Positions 12,530 through 25,677 are shown, counted from the whole stretch's first letter. The stretch is DNA of 62,338 bases, filler included, from Sphacelaria rigidula (GCA_964200075.2; 11 parts of 11 records of this genome joined end to end with filler, not necessarily neighbours in it), one strand, 5' to 3'. The notes: generated from the letters alone by a model not told the origin. Numbers and translations: made by a program.

Positions 12530-15500
12530 CTATGCAGTGGAACACGAGGGGAGGATGACGCAGGCAGGGGGAGATTGAGACACAATTTTTCATGGTTCAT
12601 GATGGATCAGAATATTTGTAGGCCAGTTTTCAACCATGACAAAAAAGTTGCGAACTTGATTCAAGTCGGTGTTTTGCCCAGCTTGCGAAAATCGAGACTG
12701 TTTGAAGGCTTATCGCCAGTGCTCTTCAGCGAGGTTTCTGAGAAACAAATCAAAACAGTGCTGGCAAACAGCGTGCACCTCAGAAGACTCCGCTATTGAA
12801 ATCTCAGCGAACGCGTGTAATGACGGGTACACGTACGAGAACTCCAATATCCTAGTCGTTGCTGCTCTCGGGGAAAATTCACTTGCTTCCAGTGTGCGGA
12901 TGTCACTGTAAAAAACAGCTTCACACGCGCCTTGGAGGACATTCATTCCGAGAAATCAGTATCTTAGCTGCGATATAGCTCGATTTCAAGTCCCGGAATG
13001 CATGGTGCGAGTAGTTTGGACGTTATTTTCATCTACAAATACAATCTCCTGCAGCAAAGGCGCACATTTTTTCGGTCATGTGATCAAATCTTGGAGCACC
13101 AACGGAGAACCTGGAATATCTGGCGTTCAGAAAATGAGTGAATCTGACCTCAACTCAACGGGCGGACACACAAGGGCGGTTTTTTTACCACGAAAGTGCA
13201 ATGTAAACACCAGATTAGTTTATTTTGACATAAGATCCATCGGAATTGTCTCGCTACTGCTCCGCACTCCGAGAGGACAACGGTACGTTTGGAGGCAGGC
13301 TCTGAGATTCCAGCGATTTTCATCAAACCATGGTTGGTATTGCTTGCTGCCGGCTTGTGGACTGTAGCTATTCACCGGAATGCATCTCTCGGTGCACAAA
13401 TCTAGTGCCCTCGTTGCGATTGAATGAAAAAAAGAATCACCCCGTCATGACATTGTGCCCGCGCAATTGCGAATCACTTCAGAACAGAATTTTCGGCACC
13501 AACACGCGGAGTAGGCCCGTCGGAAAGCCGGGAACGAGACGAAAACCCTGATGGTTAAACTTTATTTCAATCGCCGTGTCCCGGTGGCCTGATGGTACAA
13601 TTGACACCGTAGGGTAAAAACAGCCCCGGTTTGATTCTCGCCAGATGGTGTCTTGTTTGGCTTTTTTTTTTTTTCAGAAGTTTCTGATTCTCGTCGTTGA
13701 AAGCTTGAGGAAGTGAATAGTAAAACAGAGTATGTTTGGCTTCGTTTGTTGGGCGACAGCCGACACGATAGGCGCGCTTTGGTCATGATCCAACCCGCGA
13801 TACAAAAAAGTAGGGTGTGTGCTGGGGGAGAGATATATGGGTTGATCCCTTAGATCACGGACTCGTCCCGAGCAACGGGAGGAAGTGAAAGTGAGAAGAA
13901 AAAAAAACAAGAAAAATCCGATGGTTCAACTTCGTTCCACTCGCAGCAGTTCGCGGAGGTGAACGTATGACGTTGACAAATTGGGTTTTCGTTGCAGCAG
14001 CAGCGGCGTGCTGAATTGTCCGATGGTTAGCTACCACTTGACATGAAATACTCATCTTTCATGGTAGGTATGAGGTATTGTAACACCGTTGCCCGGCACC
14101 ACCTATACGAACCATTGGTTGCTATCAACGTTCGCTGAACTCAAAACGTCAATCGTATTCCCCTCCCCTCTGAAACTGGAGATGTTGTTCTGCAGACGCT
14201 CAAAATCTGCTACAGGCAGTGAACCAGCGAACAACCAGACAAGAGTCGACGCCAGTGTAATATTCTTGCCGGTGGGTTCCTGATACGTATCTAGCCCATT
14301 CTCATCCGTGCTTTGTGTTTTATGCTTCATGCATTGGTCGAGCTTTTGGGTAACCAAACTACTCGGAGGCTGCTCTAAAACCCGCGACAGACAGTTGAAA
14401 TGACAAAAAAAATCATAGGTGAGACTGAACACCAGAGCACTAGGCTTCACGGGGTATTTTTCACACGCATCCGGCCCATCGCCATCGTTGATTTACGCCG
14501 TGTGAGATGGCACGGGTCTTCATTATGGTCGAAAATTGGACGAAAATTCCTCGTTTTCGGTGGACAACTCGACTCCTTTCAACATTGCTCGAGACGGGTG
14601 TGCTTCGCGATATATATTTTCTGGGCCTAATGTACGTGGTGATGTGGCCATTTTTGGCACTGGTTCTTCGCATGAATCTCAACTCTTGACCCCCACCCCC
14701 GCCCCTCGATCAGTTCGTTGTCTTCACCAGCCGATAAATATTACTCTTTCACCAATAGCTGGAGTACATATATATATATATATATTTCAACATGTCTCCG
14801 TGCTCCTTATGATCAATCTCATTCTTACTTCCCAACATTGTGCGCTCAGAGTTGTAGGATGGCCCTCAATATCGGGCAGGATACGGAAAGGTCCTACTTA
14901 CAGTGTATCTCCGTGAGAGTGGAGATTTGCTACAAGATACTCACCACAACAAACTTCATGCCGTGCTTTCATTCGTTTTTTCGTCAATGTTGCGGCGCGA
15001 TTGAAAAGCACACACAAACCGGGTCCTCGGAGGCACGCTTTGGGATGCGCAGGATCACACAGGTAGCGCGGCTGATATCGTTGCAAGTCTGAGGATTGCA
15101 GCTGCTCGACGTCGAGAATTTTGCGTAACACGGGTATTTAAGCGGTCGCGAGATGCAGGATTTCGGAGACAAATATAGGATCTGGCCGCAGCAGCAGTGT
15201 GTGGTACTGTCACACTATAATTGGACACAACTTGACACCGGCTACTTCTTGTCGGGGTGTCGACATGGTGGTGTGATACCCTCCGTCTCGTGATCCCGCT
15301 CTGCCAGCTATTGCTAAAAAAATCGTCAAAAAGTAACAAAGCCACGGCACAGTTCCCACCAGAATAGAGATAAAGTGCGCAAACGTTTCGAAGCATACAA
15401 CTGTACACATATACAGTAGTGGGGGAATCGCGAACGAATCCGTACATCTCGACGCCCAGAGCAAAAGATACTATTTTTCGAGAATTCTTGATACGCATCC

Positions 15501-16751
15501 GGCATGTCGCCATCGTTGATTTGGGTCATAGTATGCTGCATGGGTTGCGATATTGGGCGAGCAACACTGTTTGGAAAGTGCCTACAAGCCCGCCGCAGAA
15601 GAAGAAAATATCGAACAAGGAAACATAACTCGAAACCTGTCCTATGTTTTCGGCAGATTCGCAGTATGTATTTACCTCATCGCTACCGATAATTGTGTGC
15701 CGGATATTTTTCGCATTGGGGTCGACATCGGGCAAGCGAACGACGGAAACCGTGTACGTTCGGCGAAATTGGACCTTTTACGATAATCTCATATTTCATT
15801 TGGTAAATCGGTTCTTTGCAACCAGGTGGTCATTTCCCACGCTCATGCGTTGAGAGAATCTGAACATTTCGGGAGAGAGAACGATTCATTTGCGACCGCT
15901 GGGCGCCTGAAGGTTTGAGCTTCTCAATTAACGACTCGTGATCGATGAATTGATTTAATTATTTTCTGATGGTCGCTACCATTTTCACTTCAGCCAACGC
16001 ACCCCCGAGTTTCGCCCAATCGATCTCAATATCGGGCGGGATATGTAAAGACCCTGCTTGCACTGACGATGTACCGCACTAGAGCTCTGGTAGTAGAGCT
16101 AGGGATCTACAGCAACAGTGCCCACGCAGCAGCAGAAGAACAATGGTGCACAGTTTTCGCCCTCAGATGTATCTGGCGTTTCTTGGCCGTGATGTAAGTC
16201 GTGGTTGTAGGACCTCATTAATTTTTGCCAGACGTGGCTCGGTCTTGGTGTACGCTGTCAAGCCCCACTAATTAAACCTTTGATGGCGAGGGTAGGCGAT
16301 TTGTTGAATCGGCACCATTCATGTTATTGTTCGTGCGTCAATGATGCCGATTCAACAGATCGCCTACCGTCGCGGTCAATGGGGCTAAAAAGGGTCGGCG
16401 TGGATCTCTTAACTCCCACCCGTTGCGGGCGCGGTCAGCAACACCTATGGCTGGTACACAGCCGTTGCGTCTCGTCCACGAGGAAGAATCTCTGCGAACC
16501 AGATGGAGGGCAAAGATGCCGGACGTTTACGTCGCTCCAGGCGTGACGACGAACACTAAGCTATCGTGTACGATATCGCACGCTCGACCGCAACAGAAAA
16601 AGTGCAGTAGTACGTAATTCCGCCTCGCTGGAAGAGTCTCAATCAAGCGGGATTCTCTAGTGCAGTCTTTCCCAAGTTCGTGTACTCTGCGCAAGTCGAT
16701 GCCCTCGCGCACACAACTGATTTACACGTGCTTGCGGGGTTCACCACTGAC

Positions 16752-16830
16752 CTCATGGTGCCAGTATGCCGGCATGTACAGCACATCCCCTTCGTGGAGA
16801 GTGACGCGGTACGGTCGACATCGCTTCAGC
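16752..16830 (-). CDS. Penultimate exon of the JmjC oxygenase (LKRCRPYRVTLHEGDVLYMPAYWHHE)
   Basis: ttctcag| acceptor, GAG|GTCAGT donor; motif LxxGDxLYxPxxWxHxV including the distal Fe-binding His. Confidence 0.92.
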
Positions 16831-17410
16831 CTGAGAAGAATGCGGATCGGGGAGGTGGATGGGGGGGGGGGGGTTCGGGTTCTAGGGGGGTGCAGACATA
16901 TTCTAGCAAGAGGTAGGTCGGGGGGTGAAANNNNNNNNNNNNNNNNNNNNNNNNNNNNNNNNNNNNNNNNNNNNTTAATTAATTAANNNNNNNNNNNNNN
17001 NNNNNNNNNNNNNNNNNNNNNNNNNNNNNNCCCTCCCCCGTGCCCGAGGGGTCTCGTAGACCTCGGGTCGGTCTTGAGTGTTAGTGTGTTCGAAAAAATC
17101 AACCACAGATATACGCCCAGAGCTTTAGGTTCCCTCGTTTTTTATGGGGCCCGTTTGTTCGAAAAGAGATGAACGTTGACCGCGAGTCAAAAACGTCTCT
17201 GCGCATATTTTGCGCTATTCCACTCACGTCGGGTGCGCGTACCGACGTACCGGCCGTCGAGAATGATCCACGTCAAAGGGGTGGTGAATTACCGGAGGCG
17301 GACGGTTGTGTGTGTGTCGAGAGCTCCATCACCTTTTTGCATGCAGGAAAATATGGTCAAAATGCTCATGCCTACTTACTGCACGTAATAAAAAGACGTG
17401 ATGTTCGATA

Positions 17411-17607
17411 CTGTACGCGGTTCACTTTTTGCCGGTGTATCTGTTGTTGTCGAGAGTGTGAAATTTTCTACGGGACAGGCGATCACATATTGGACTTAAC
17501 CAACTTTACACGTATAATTTTAAAAAACAGCCCCCCCCCCTCCGTATATATTTTTTTCCACACCCTGGACCACAAGATTACATTTTTAAAAAAATTACCG
17601 CGTACAG
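17411..17607. mobile_element. 197-bp Tc1/mariner-type MITE
   Basis: TA|CTGTACGCGGT...ACCGCGTACAG|TA: perfect 11-bp TIR flanked by TA on both sides. Confidence 0.75.
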
Positions 17608-17937
17608 TATGAGATCTGTTGTCTATTGCAACGGATGCAATAGTCGATACTCTACGCAGTGCACTTTTCGGCAATTTTAATCCACTGTCCTGGGTTGCGC
17701 TTTTTTTTGCCGTTTTGCAGGCTCATTTGGATGAGCACGTTTTAGGAGGGTATGAGCATGATGCAGCAGCAAACGAAAACACTGCAGCTGCTGTCAATTC
17801 GTGAGCGCGTTGGTGCTGTTGTGCTGCTGCTCTAAGTTACTTTTGTATGTACCCAACCCCCCAGGGATGAGTGTATTTGTGAAGTTATTGGTGTGCCGTG
17901 TAGTGGCACAGACGCCTCACGCGAGTACTATTCTCAT

Positions 17938-18282
17938 CGAGGTTGTGTTCTGTAGGACACGGGTATGTTCGGTAGGGTCTGAGACTTACTCCTGAAACTT
18001 GCGGAAATGTCGGGTACCGATACGGAACTGTTGCGGAACTTTCAAAGCCTGTCGGGAACGGTATGGAGGTGAGTACGGAGGCCCTTAACGACACCAGGTA
18101 TTTATACCACGGTGTACCCGTACTCTGGGTAACGGTAAACGTTTCGAGCATATGTCAGAACTGTCGGACACCGGTGTGGGAGGCTTGCAGAACTCACAAA
18201 AAATTCCGGTACGGGTAAAACCCGGGCATACATACTCCGGGTATACACTGCAAAAGATCGTACCGTACAGAACACGACCTCG
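17938..18282. mobile_element. 345-bp MITE with 17-bp TIRs
   Basis: cgaggttgtgttctgta ... tacagaacacgacctcg (1 mismatch); recurring GGTAC/CGGTA sub-repeats inside; no clear TSD. Confidence 0.7.
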
Positions 18283-18702
18283 TTACTTTTCGTGATGTAG
18301 TCTGTGCGCGCCCTGCTATGGTGGTCGGGATTCAGAGTGTTTTTACGGCACGTTGTATGCGACGAGATAGCTGTCACGTTGAAAAATGCCGTTTTGACTA
18401 GACTGTCACCACCTTTATATGCGGAAAACAAACGATAATATTGACGTCCCTCCTTCCTCCCTTCCCCCTCCCCGTGATTCCGTGCTGCCTGCGACGATTG
18501 GATGATGGCCGGATATTCGTGCTATACTCCCCGTGCGTCCCGTGCATCGATCGGTCCGTTTCTTCGTCTGTTGCGTTGTATTGTGTCTCACGGAATGATG
18601 GATGGACGACGAACGATCGACGACGTGGACGTCGAACATGCGCATATGCACATGGTTGATCATGATGATTGATGATGTTGGGGGGATTTGAAAAAAAAAC
18701 AG

Positions 18703-18828
18703 TCACTGCGAGAGAAATGCCTCAACTTCATCCTGGGCAATTTCGATGCCGTTACGAAAACGCCAGACTTCGAGGAGATGGGGCGGACGAACATCGAGTT
18801 GGTTTTCGAAATCCTGCGGAACCGATGA
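18703..18828 (+). CDS. Terminal exon of a BTB/POZ(-BACK-like) protein (SLREKCLNFILGNFDAVTKTPDFEEMGRTNIELVFEILRNR*)
   Basis: aacag| acceptor, TGA stop. LxxxCLxFIxxNFxxVxxTxxFxxM is the post-BTB helical motif of RCBTB/LZTR1/SPOP-like proteins. Confidence 0.85.
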   Translation, partial: SLREKCLNFILGNFDAVTKTPDFEEMGRTNIELVFEILRNR

Positions 18829-21365
18829 AATGAAGTGAGAAGTTGGTTAGGGAGTTACGGCACTTTTTTTCATATACATAATACATACATCTACAAATTA
18901 TATATGCTTGATGGATTCTGATGCGACGTTATATGGTTTTTGATTCAGACAAGACGGGGGAGATGGTAATGTAGCCTAAGCACCAGAAATTTCGTCGGAA
19001 GATATATTTTTTTGCATGACACTGGAGCAAACCACGGGTTTTATACTGATTTGCGTGTGCGTTTTGATGATGCCTCAGGGAGTTAGTTCGTTGCAACTAT
19101 GTTGCATCTCTTGGTGAGACTTCGTGACTTACTTTTCCTCGACTCGACGCGTGTCCGCCATCTACTGGAGTTGAAGAAGAAATGACAACAGGAATGAAGA
19201 CGGGGGTGGGGACGACTGCCATAGACCGGTGTGAATTCTTAGGTTTGAATTTTCTGCTGGAATTATACTGCATATCGTGAAAAATTGGAGGGGAGAGGGG
19301 GGGGGGTCAGGGGACAAGTCGTCCTTATTCACGAAATTTCATTATATTGGTGACGAATCAAGTTTTCGTTGCCACTGTGCGAAATTTCGGATTATCGCGT
19401 CCACCCATTTTTTGGTCGCGTCGTGTCATGGAAATTGATTGCGGTGTACGTACCACCATCATGGCGCTTACCGTAACCACACAAACCGCAGGCAGCATCC
19501 GTTTTTTGTGCGAGCCCGTTCGGCTGTTGCGACAGCCTTGGACCGTGACTTAAGATTTTTCAGTAGCTCGGTCCCCGAACCCGTCGTTTGTGCCTCCAGT
19601 GACTGGGCCCTCCCCCCGCTGCCCTCGTGTAATGCCTTGGCTGTTTTATTGTGTGGCTTTCTGGGTCGCTGACGTTTTCTCTTTCTTTTGCTGTGCCCCC
19701 CCCCTCCCCTTATTTTTGTCCATTTAGTGTAGTAGCAGTGTGGTTGGCTCTTGACAGCAGCAGCGGTGTCGGGCGGTCAGTGTGTGATTTTATTGCGTCA
19801 CCTGCCGTTTTTTTTTGTTTTTCGTTTCTTGCTCGGAATTGCTCTGCTGAGCATGTGTAGGTGCTGTTGTCGTGTGGTGTGCGTGCGTGCGTGCCGGGTT
19901 TGTTTGTTGACGTCGGGATTGTTGCGTGTTTTGTGTGGTCTGATCTATTTGATTTTTGTCGATATAGAGTACAGTAAAGGAAAAAATTACATATAATACA
20001 AGCACGTATTGTTGTTGTGTATTATTTGTTTGTTTTGTTTTATGCCGACGAAGGTCTACCTCCGATGTTTTTCGAGTGACGAGAAGGTAAAAATCGTTTC
20101 GTTATCACGAGCTGTTTTTTTTTTTTACAACTGTTCGCCTAGTTTTCTTCTGTGAAGTGTGTGTTTGTGCATTCCTGCGAAGACAGACCTACTAGTGTTC
20201 GGGGAGCAGGAACTGCTGGGCATATCACTCCCCAGTAGCAACGCAAGCTGCAATACTGTTGTGTCGGTACTCGCCTGGTTGGTTCCACTTGTTGCTTGAA
20301 CACTGTCGGCCGTCTCACGAATGACGAGGACATAACTTGGAATACTTGGTGTGAGAAATCATCGCGAACAACCAAACCACCGACGTTTTGTTGGTTGCTT
20401 TTGGCAAACCTTCCTTATTTTCCTGTCGGTTCGACGTTTAATCTTCTGCTGTTCACACAATGATTTCCTTGAGCGATCAGGTGTCTGTTGTTTTCCATCG
20501 GTATGATTTCGGCACCCTTTTTTCACTTCGAGAAGGTAGAAAAAAAAAAACAGAAATATCTTGTCAGTCTGAGGTGTCCATGATCTGCGATTCACTTGTA
20601 GAAACCCTCTGCACGGCGATTGAAAGTAGTCGGTCGGTCTCCGTAACCCTCAAAGGTCATTGGGCACACAGGGTTTTCCCTCGATCACTTGGGACCACTA
20701 TGGGCTGTTATCGGACACGCCTCTTCTGGGCGCTTCACATGCAAGTTAGACGACGGCTGGTTGGGAAAACACGGGTTATTGCCCGGGAACGAGGGACGAT
20801 GTATGATATATGGATTACTTCATGGGTTTCAAGGCTAGCTGGCTAGCTGCGTCGTTCGTGCGGTGATGTTGATGGCAGCAATGCCGTTTATCATGTAAGA
20901 CTGGGTCTTCGTCTGTTGCGGTTCTTCTCCCCCGTGATGATGGCCATCATGTTCCCGAGTCTGATTGTTTTTGCCCCAATGTTGCTGGCTTCTTTTTCGT
21001 GTAAATACATGGGTGTTGTTATGGAGCAAGTGCTACGTGCGTGTGTTGGTTGTGTCTGAATGGATGTTGTTTCGTGTGCTTGTTTTTTTTTTTTCTCGTA
21101 ACGTTTTTTGTCATAATTTATGTCGCTTTTCTTTTGTGTTTGCTGAGTAGTGAGTTGTCTGTGCCGCCTTGGGGCATACGGCCCCCTTGCCTGTGTATTA
21201 CTCTCCAGCATAGGGTGAGTTTGTGCAGGCCAACAGGAAACAAGAATAGTCAGATCGTACAAGGTCGTGGCCGCAGCGTGAGCTACAACATCATATGCGT
21301 TACTACTGTTCATGCAGCGGGCGAGTTGATTTCGGTGTAGTATGATACAAAATATAGCCGTGGGT

Positions 21366-21601
21366 GGGCGGGTGGGGGGTGTGTGAGTTATATATTCATT
21401 TGCGAAGAATGTTTCAAATGTTTTCCTCCCGCTCTGGCCCAGTCCGATCTGTTCAAGTCCGCAGTCTTCCAACCCCTCCCCCCGGGCGGGTGGGGGGTGT
21501 GTGAGGTATATATTCATTTGCGAAGAATGTTTCAAATGTTTTCCTCCCGCTCTGGCCCAATCCGATCTGTTCAAGTCCGCAGTCTTCCAACCCCTCCCCC
21601 G
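21366..21601 (+). repeat. 118-bp near-perfect tandem duplication
   Basis: Units start at 21366 and 21484 and differ at about 2 positions. Confidence 0.95.
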
Positions 21602-22826
21602 CCCACCTGCTCCGTCTCGAAAGGGACGCGTGGTCAACGGTCAAACGACCAAGCGGCGAGCAATAAATGAGTACGCCCACCAGAGGCCTCCAATCTACCA
21701 CACTCGTTTTTAAGTTCAGTAACTTCGTACCGATTATGCACTGTTGTGTGCTACTAATGGTAACGTCTCTGACCGAAGGTGGGGAAATGATGGGGGTGGT
21801 GTGCATGGAGATCACATTCCAGACAAAAGAGCCCTAGGAATAATACCATGAGGGCGTGGGTCAGGGCAGCTTTGTTCACAACTTGAAAAAAAATCAGGTT
21901 GTTGTCCTTTCTCGCGCACCCCCGTTCCACTGCATACCTGGGTAGATTTCGAATTGAACTATTCATCTTATTCACTAGTGTGTGCTTGCAGCTACATTAC
22001 ATGTCGATATCTTACTCCGGGATATCAAAGGCCTCAGTAGCGAGCTACTACAGAAAGCATATATCGGGCCTGGTGGAGGGGTATTTCGGAACCGAAACGA
22101 TTCATTCACTAATTGACCGCTTTTCACTCTCAATCTCACGAAAACATTGAAAGTATATACTCGACCTGCCCTTGCACTGTTTCCACCGCTGGGTCGCCCA
22201 TGGAGGAGTCGGGTGTGCGGCCCGTAAAGACACTCTCTGCGATATCCCCCCCCCAAAACCAGCTAAAAGTGTCACGAAAGAAACGGCCGTACAGCGCCTG
22301 ATGTTCGGGTTAAGGCTCCATGAAGCGCCTCATATTATTGGCGATATTGGCTAGAACGAACCCGAGCGTGGGAATTCCAAGCTTCTCGTTGTGCTCGGCT
22401 TTTCTCATTTCGATTTACGTCAAGATTTTGCCTCCCAAAACCATGCACTTTGGGGGGGGGAGCTATCGTAAAAAGTGTCTAGAGTCGCTCATTTCGACAA
22501 TACCTACCCGTCTACTGTAAACAGCCGATTTTCAAAAAAGAAATAAAAAAAAAAATGAGGTTCAACTCAAAAGCCGTGCTTTCCCTGACCTAAATTCAAG
22601 ACGAATNNNNNNNNNNNNNNNNNNNNNNNNNNNNNNNNNNNNNNNNNNNNTTAATTAATTAANNNNNNNNNNNNNNNNNNNNNNNNNNNNNNNNNNNNNN
22701 NNNNNNGCAAGCCTGGTCCGGCGAAAATCGGGCGTGCTCCGTCCCGACATTGTAGGGATGCGAGGTCAATGGTCTCATGACTATGGTATGCATGATCATG
22801 AGTACACCCCCCCCTCCCCCGTCTCA

Positions 22827-22864
22827 AACCCTAACCCTAAGCTTAACCCCAACCTTAACCCCAA
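22827..22864 (+). repeat. Degenerate interstitial telomere-like (CCCTAA)n
   Basis: aaccctaaccctaagcttaaccccaaccttaacccc. Confidence 0.7.
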
Positions 22865-23815
22865 TACGAGGTAAACCGAGAAGCCTCGGGCAGGGGGTTC
22901 GCAAGGGGTGCCCTGGGTAACACCTTCGTTGATAGAGGTCAAGTCGGCGCCTGACTAAAATCGATGCCACAGGTGCCGGTTCACCTGCGTCGCGCGGTGA
23001 GCGAGAACTTGGGACTGTGATCCAATCCCCGGAATACCCCGAAAGTCAGGATTCTCCCTGAGACTATGTTTCGACCATGGATTTTCGGCAACGGATCCCC
23101 TGCTACTTACTCTGGTGGTGCGAGCCATCTTTTTGCTTCAACTGGGGTGTTTTTGTGGGTTGGCTTGCTCGTATCCCTCAATCAGACTTACTTCTTCCCA
23201 GTCACTATATGGAGTGCGCCCATGATTGCAGTGTGCACGAAAATTCTACATGAACTGGGGGCTGCGTAGGTGCTGACATGCAAATATTTGGTGTGTTGGT
23301 GTTCAAGGGTCGGCAACATACGTATTAAGTCCGGCGGCCACAAGCATGCTGCAACTGTAAAAAAATATCTTCATATTCGTGTATTGTTGAAGTCGCATGA
23401 GGGCACGCCGGGGGGGAGGAGAGGAAGGGAGGGTACCAATGACCTTGCATGCTGTAGTCATGAGACCGTTGACCTCGCATCCCTACAAAGCCGGGACGGA
23501 GGAACCCGAAGGGGCAGGGGTGGAAGGTATGATCCACTGTCGCCATCCTCTGAAGCTTGTTAAGCCCCCCATTAACTAGTGGTAGGGTCTGCATCTGTCA
23601 GCACGTCTGAGAAGCTTCACGACGTGCTGAAGAGCAAGCGACCCTAGCTTTTTTTGTTTTTGTTTTCTCGCGGCCGAAGTGATCCTGCGGGAAAGAGGCA
23701 TGTCTGCCCACCTCCGCACGCGAGCTCTGCGGCTACATGCAGTCTTGGGAATAGAACACTGATGTTGATGTTTCATGGTGTAATTATCTTGTGTGTCCCT
23801 GCATTCCTTTCCCAG

Positions 23816-23987
23816 ATGGAAAGGAGAAAACGTTGCCACGACCGAGGTGGCTCAGGCGTTGTGCCGATTCCCTGGCATCGCGGACGTGAACGTGTACGGT
23901 GTGGCGGTGCCCCAGGCTGAAGGGCGGGTGGGCATGGCGTCCATCAAGTTCAAAGGCAGTGTTGCCGCGGAGAACTTTGATTGGCAG
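23816..23987 (+). CDS. Exon of a fatty-acid transport protein / very-long-chain acyl-CoA synthetase (SLC27/FATP/Fat1 family)
   Basis: tttcccag| acceptor, CAG|GTGAGG donor; (R)[11 protein letters not shown]...[16 protein letters not shown] matches the FATP signature region. Confidence 0.93.
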
Positions 23988-24032
23988 GTGAGGGAGCACG
24001 TTGTTCGATGTATATTTGTGTTGGTGTTCGGC

Positions 24033-25276
24033 AGGCTTTAGTTCCGTATGCGCGTTTTTTTCTTGAAATTAAACTCTATTTTTTTTCCTCAAGCTTTTTT
24101 GTTCTTGTTTTTAAGCCCTATTTAAAGCCTTTTTAGCGCAATTTAGGCACGCTTTATGCGCCTTATCCCCGTCCGTGTTGTGGCGTTGTGGCAGTATCAC
24201 GTCACGAGACGCGCCTTCTAGCATGAGGACAAGACGACAAGCTGGGCATCCGAAGTTTTGTTGATTATTTTTGATTAAAAAATGAAGCTTTTCTTCAGTT
24301 GTTGAGTTTGGAGACCACAACCTGCACACCTACACCGTAACCCACGTACGGAAACAACAAACGCCATTGCACTTGCGATACTTGATACAGCAGTACGGCA
24401 TTGTAGCTTCTAGACACAGGGCATTGCAGCCTTTGGCCTCTCGCCCGGCAAGCTACAAGCTACCACCCCCCCCCCCCCCCCCCCCCCCCCCCCAACCCCA
24501 AACGAAAAACTTCTCGCACCACCGCTAACCATTTTCGCTCCCACTAACTCTGGATTCGATCCGGCCAACGCCTTCTCCTGCCGGGAGTTCGAGCACCCCC
24601 TCAAAATCGGAAACACTCGCCCCATAGACGCAGACGATGGCTGGATAAGTACAATATCCATCGCCACGAGATACCAACCGGGAAAAGCCCGTTCTTGTTA
24701 TCACCTCAATACGACAGCAAAGCGTACTCCGAGTGCGCGCCTGAGGCCGCGACCAAAAGTCGTCCTTCTCGGACAGTAGGCCCGCCATGACCTCGTGCGT
24801 TACAAACGCTGCGATCAATCGTCTTCACTTCTCTCTGTTGGTGCTGCTGTTACTACTGCTGTCTGCTGTACAAAGCACAAAGTACGAGTGTATTATTTAT
24901 TTAGTATCTTGTCATATTTTTGAAAGCAACACAGTACCATGTGTATTAAATATAAAGTGGAGCAGTCTGCTCATCAGACCCGCAACAAAATAGGAACACG
25001 AAACACGACCATGGAAATTTGAAGTATTGAGTGTTGGAGTCTGAAGCCTGACGCATGTCGTCCTGTCTGGTGACAAGTTACGCCACATGGAGCCCTTGCG
25101 GGCAAAAAAATGTCGCAACTTTATGCGCGTTTATGCGTGTTTATGCGCGTTTTAAGCAAGTTGAGCTCGTTTCAAGCGTATGAAGCCGATTATAAGCTTT
25201 GCGCTAAACAGGCCTATTGAAGCTAAAAAATCCGAAAGTAAGCTAAACTTTATGCGCGCATACGGAACTAAAGCCT
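24033..25276. mobile_element. 1.24-kb non-autonomous DNA transposon with perfect 22-bp TIRs
   Basis: aggctttagttccgtatgcgcg ... cgcgcatacggaactaaagcct; subterminal ttatgcgc repeats; no coding capacity seen. Confidence 0.85.
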
Positions 25277-25609
25277 AATCACATGTCTCGGGCATTTTGC
25301 ATCACCCCACCGAGAAGAGTCTAGCCCGCTTCTCCGATTCGCTTGGCTCCGAGGTTTCGAGAACGACCTCTCAGCACAACTCCAACTGGTTATGAAAAGA
25401 TATCGTGTCCACAGGAATCGGTAGAGATTTTTCTAGGGCTGCATACTGGACCAGTGCATACTGGCAGTATTACTGGTACTGGCCGTGTACTGGTATTGGA
25501 AAATGACCAGCGAGTACGGCCAGTACTTACCCTGTTACGTACGTCCTACTATAACGCCTCATTTTTCAACGGAAGTTCATCGAATTGTGTTGCAAGTGCG
25601 CCGTTCGTA

Positions 25610-25628
25610 GCACACACAACACGCACAC

Positions 25629-25677
<49 letters not shown>
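25610..25677 (+). repeat. Compound (CA)n(CAG)n microsatellite
   Basis: Seen directly. Confidence 0.95.

Noticed and set aside
12575..13367. Protein-like short ORFs (e.g. 12710-12946)
   Set aside because: They lie inside the JmjC intron, are broken by stops and show no recognisable motif.
20891..21815. ORFs with a duplicated peptide (GLEDCGLEQIGLGQSGRKTFETFFANEY)
   Set aside because: By-product of the 118-bp DNA duplication, whose length is not a multiple of 3.
25640..25677. PolyQ/polyS coding tract
   Set aside because: Non-coding microsatellite adjoining (CA)n, with no splice context.
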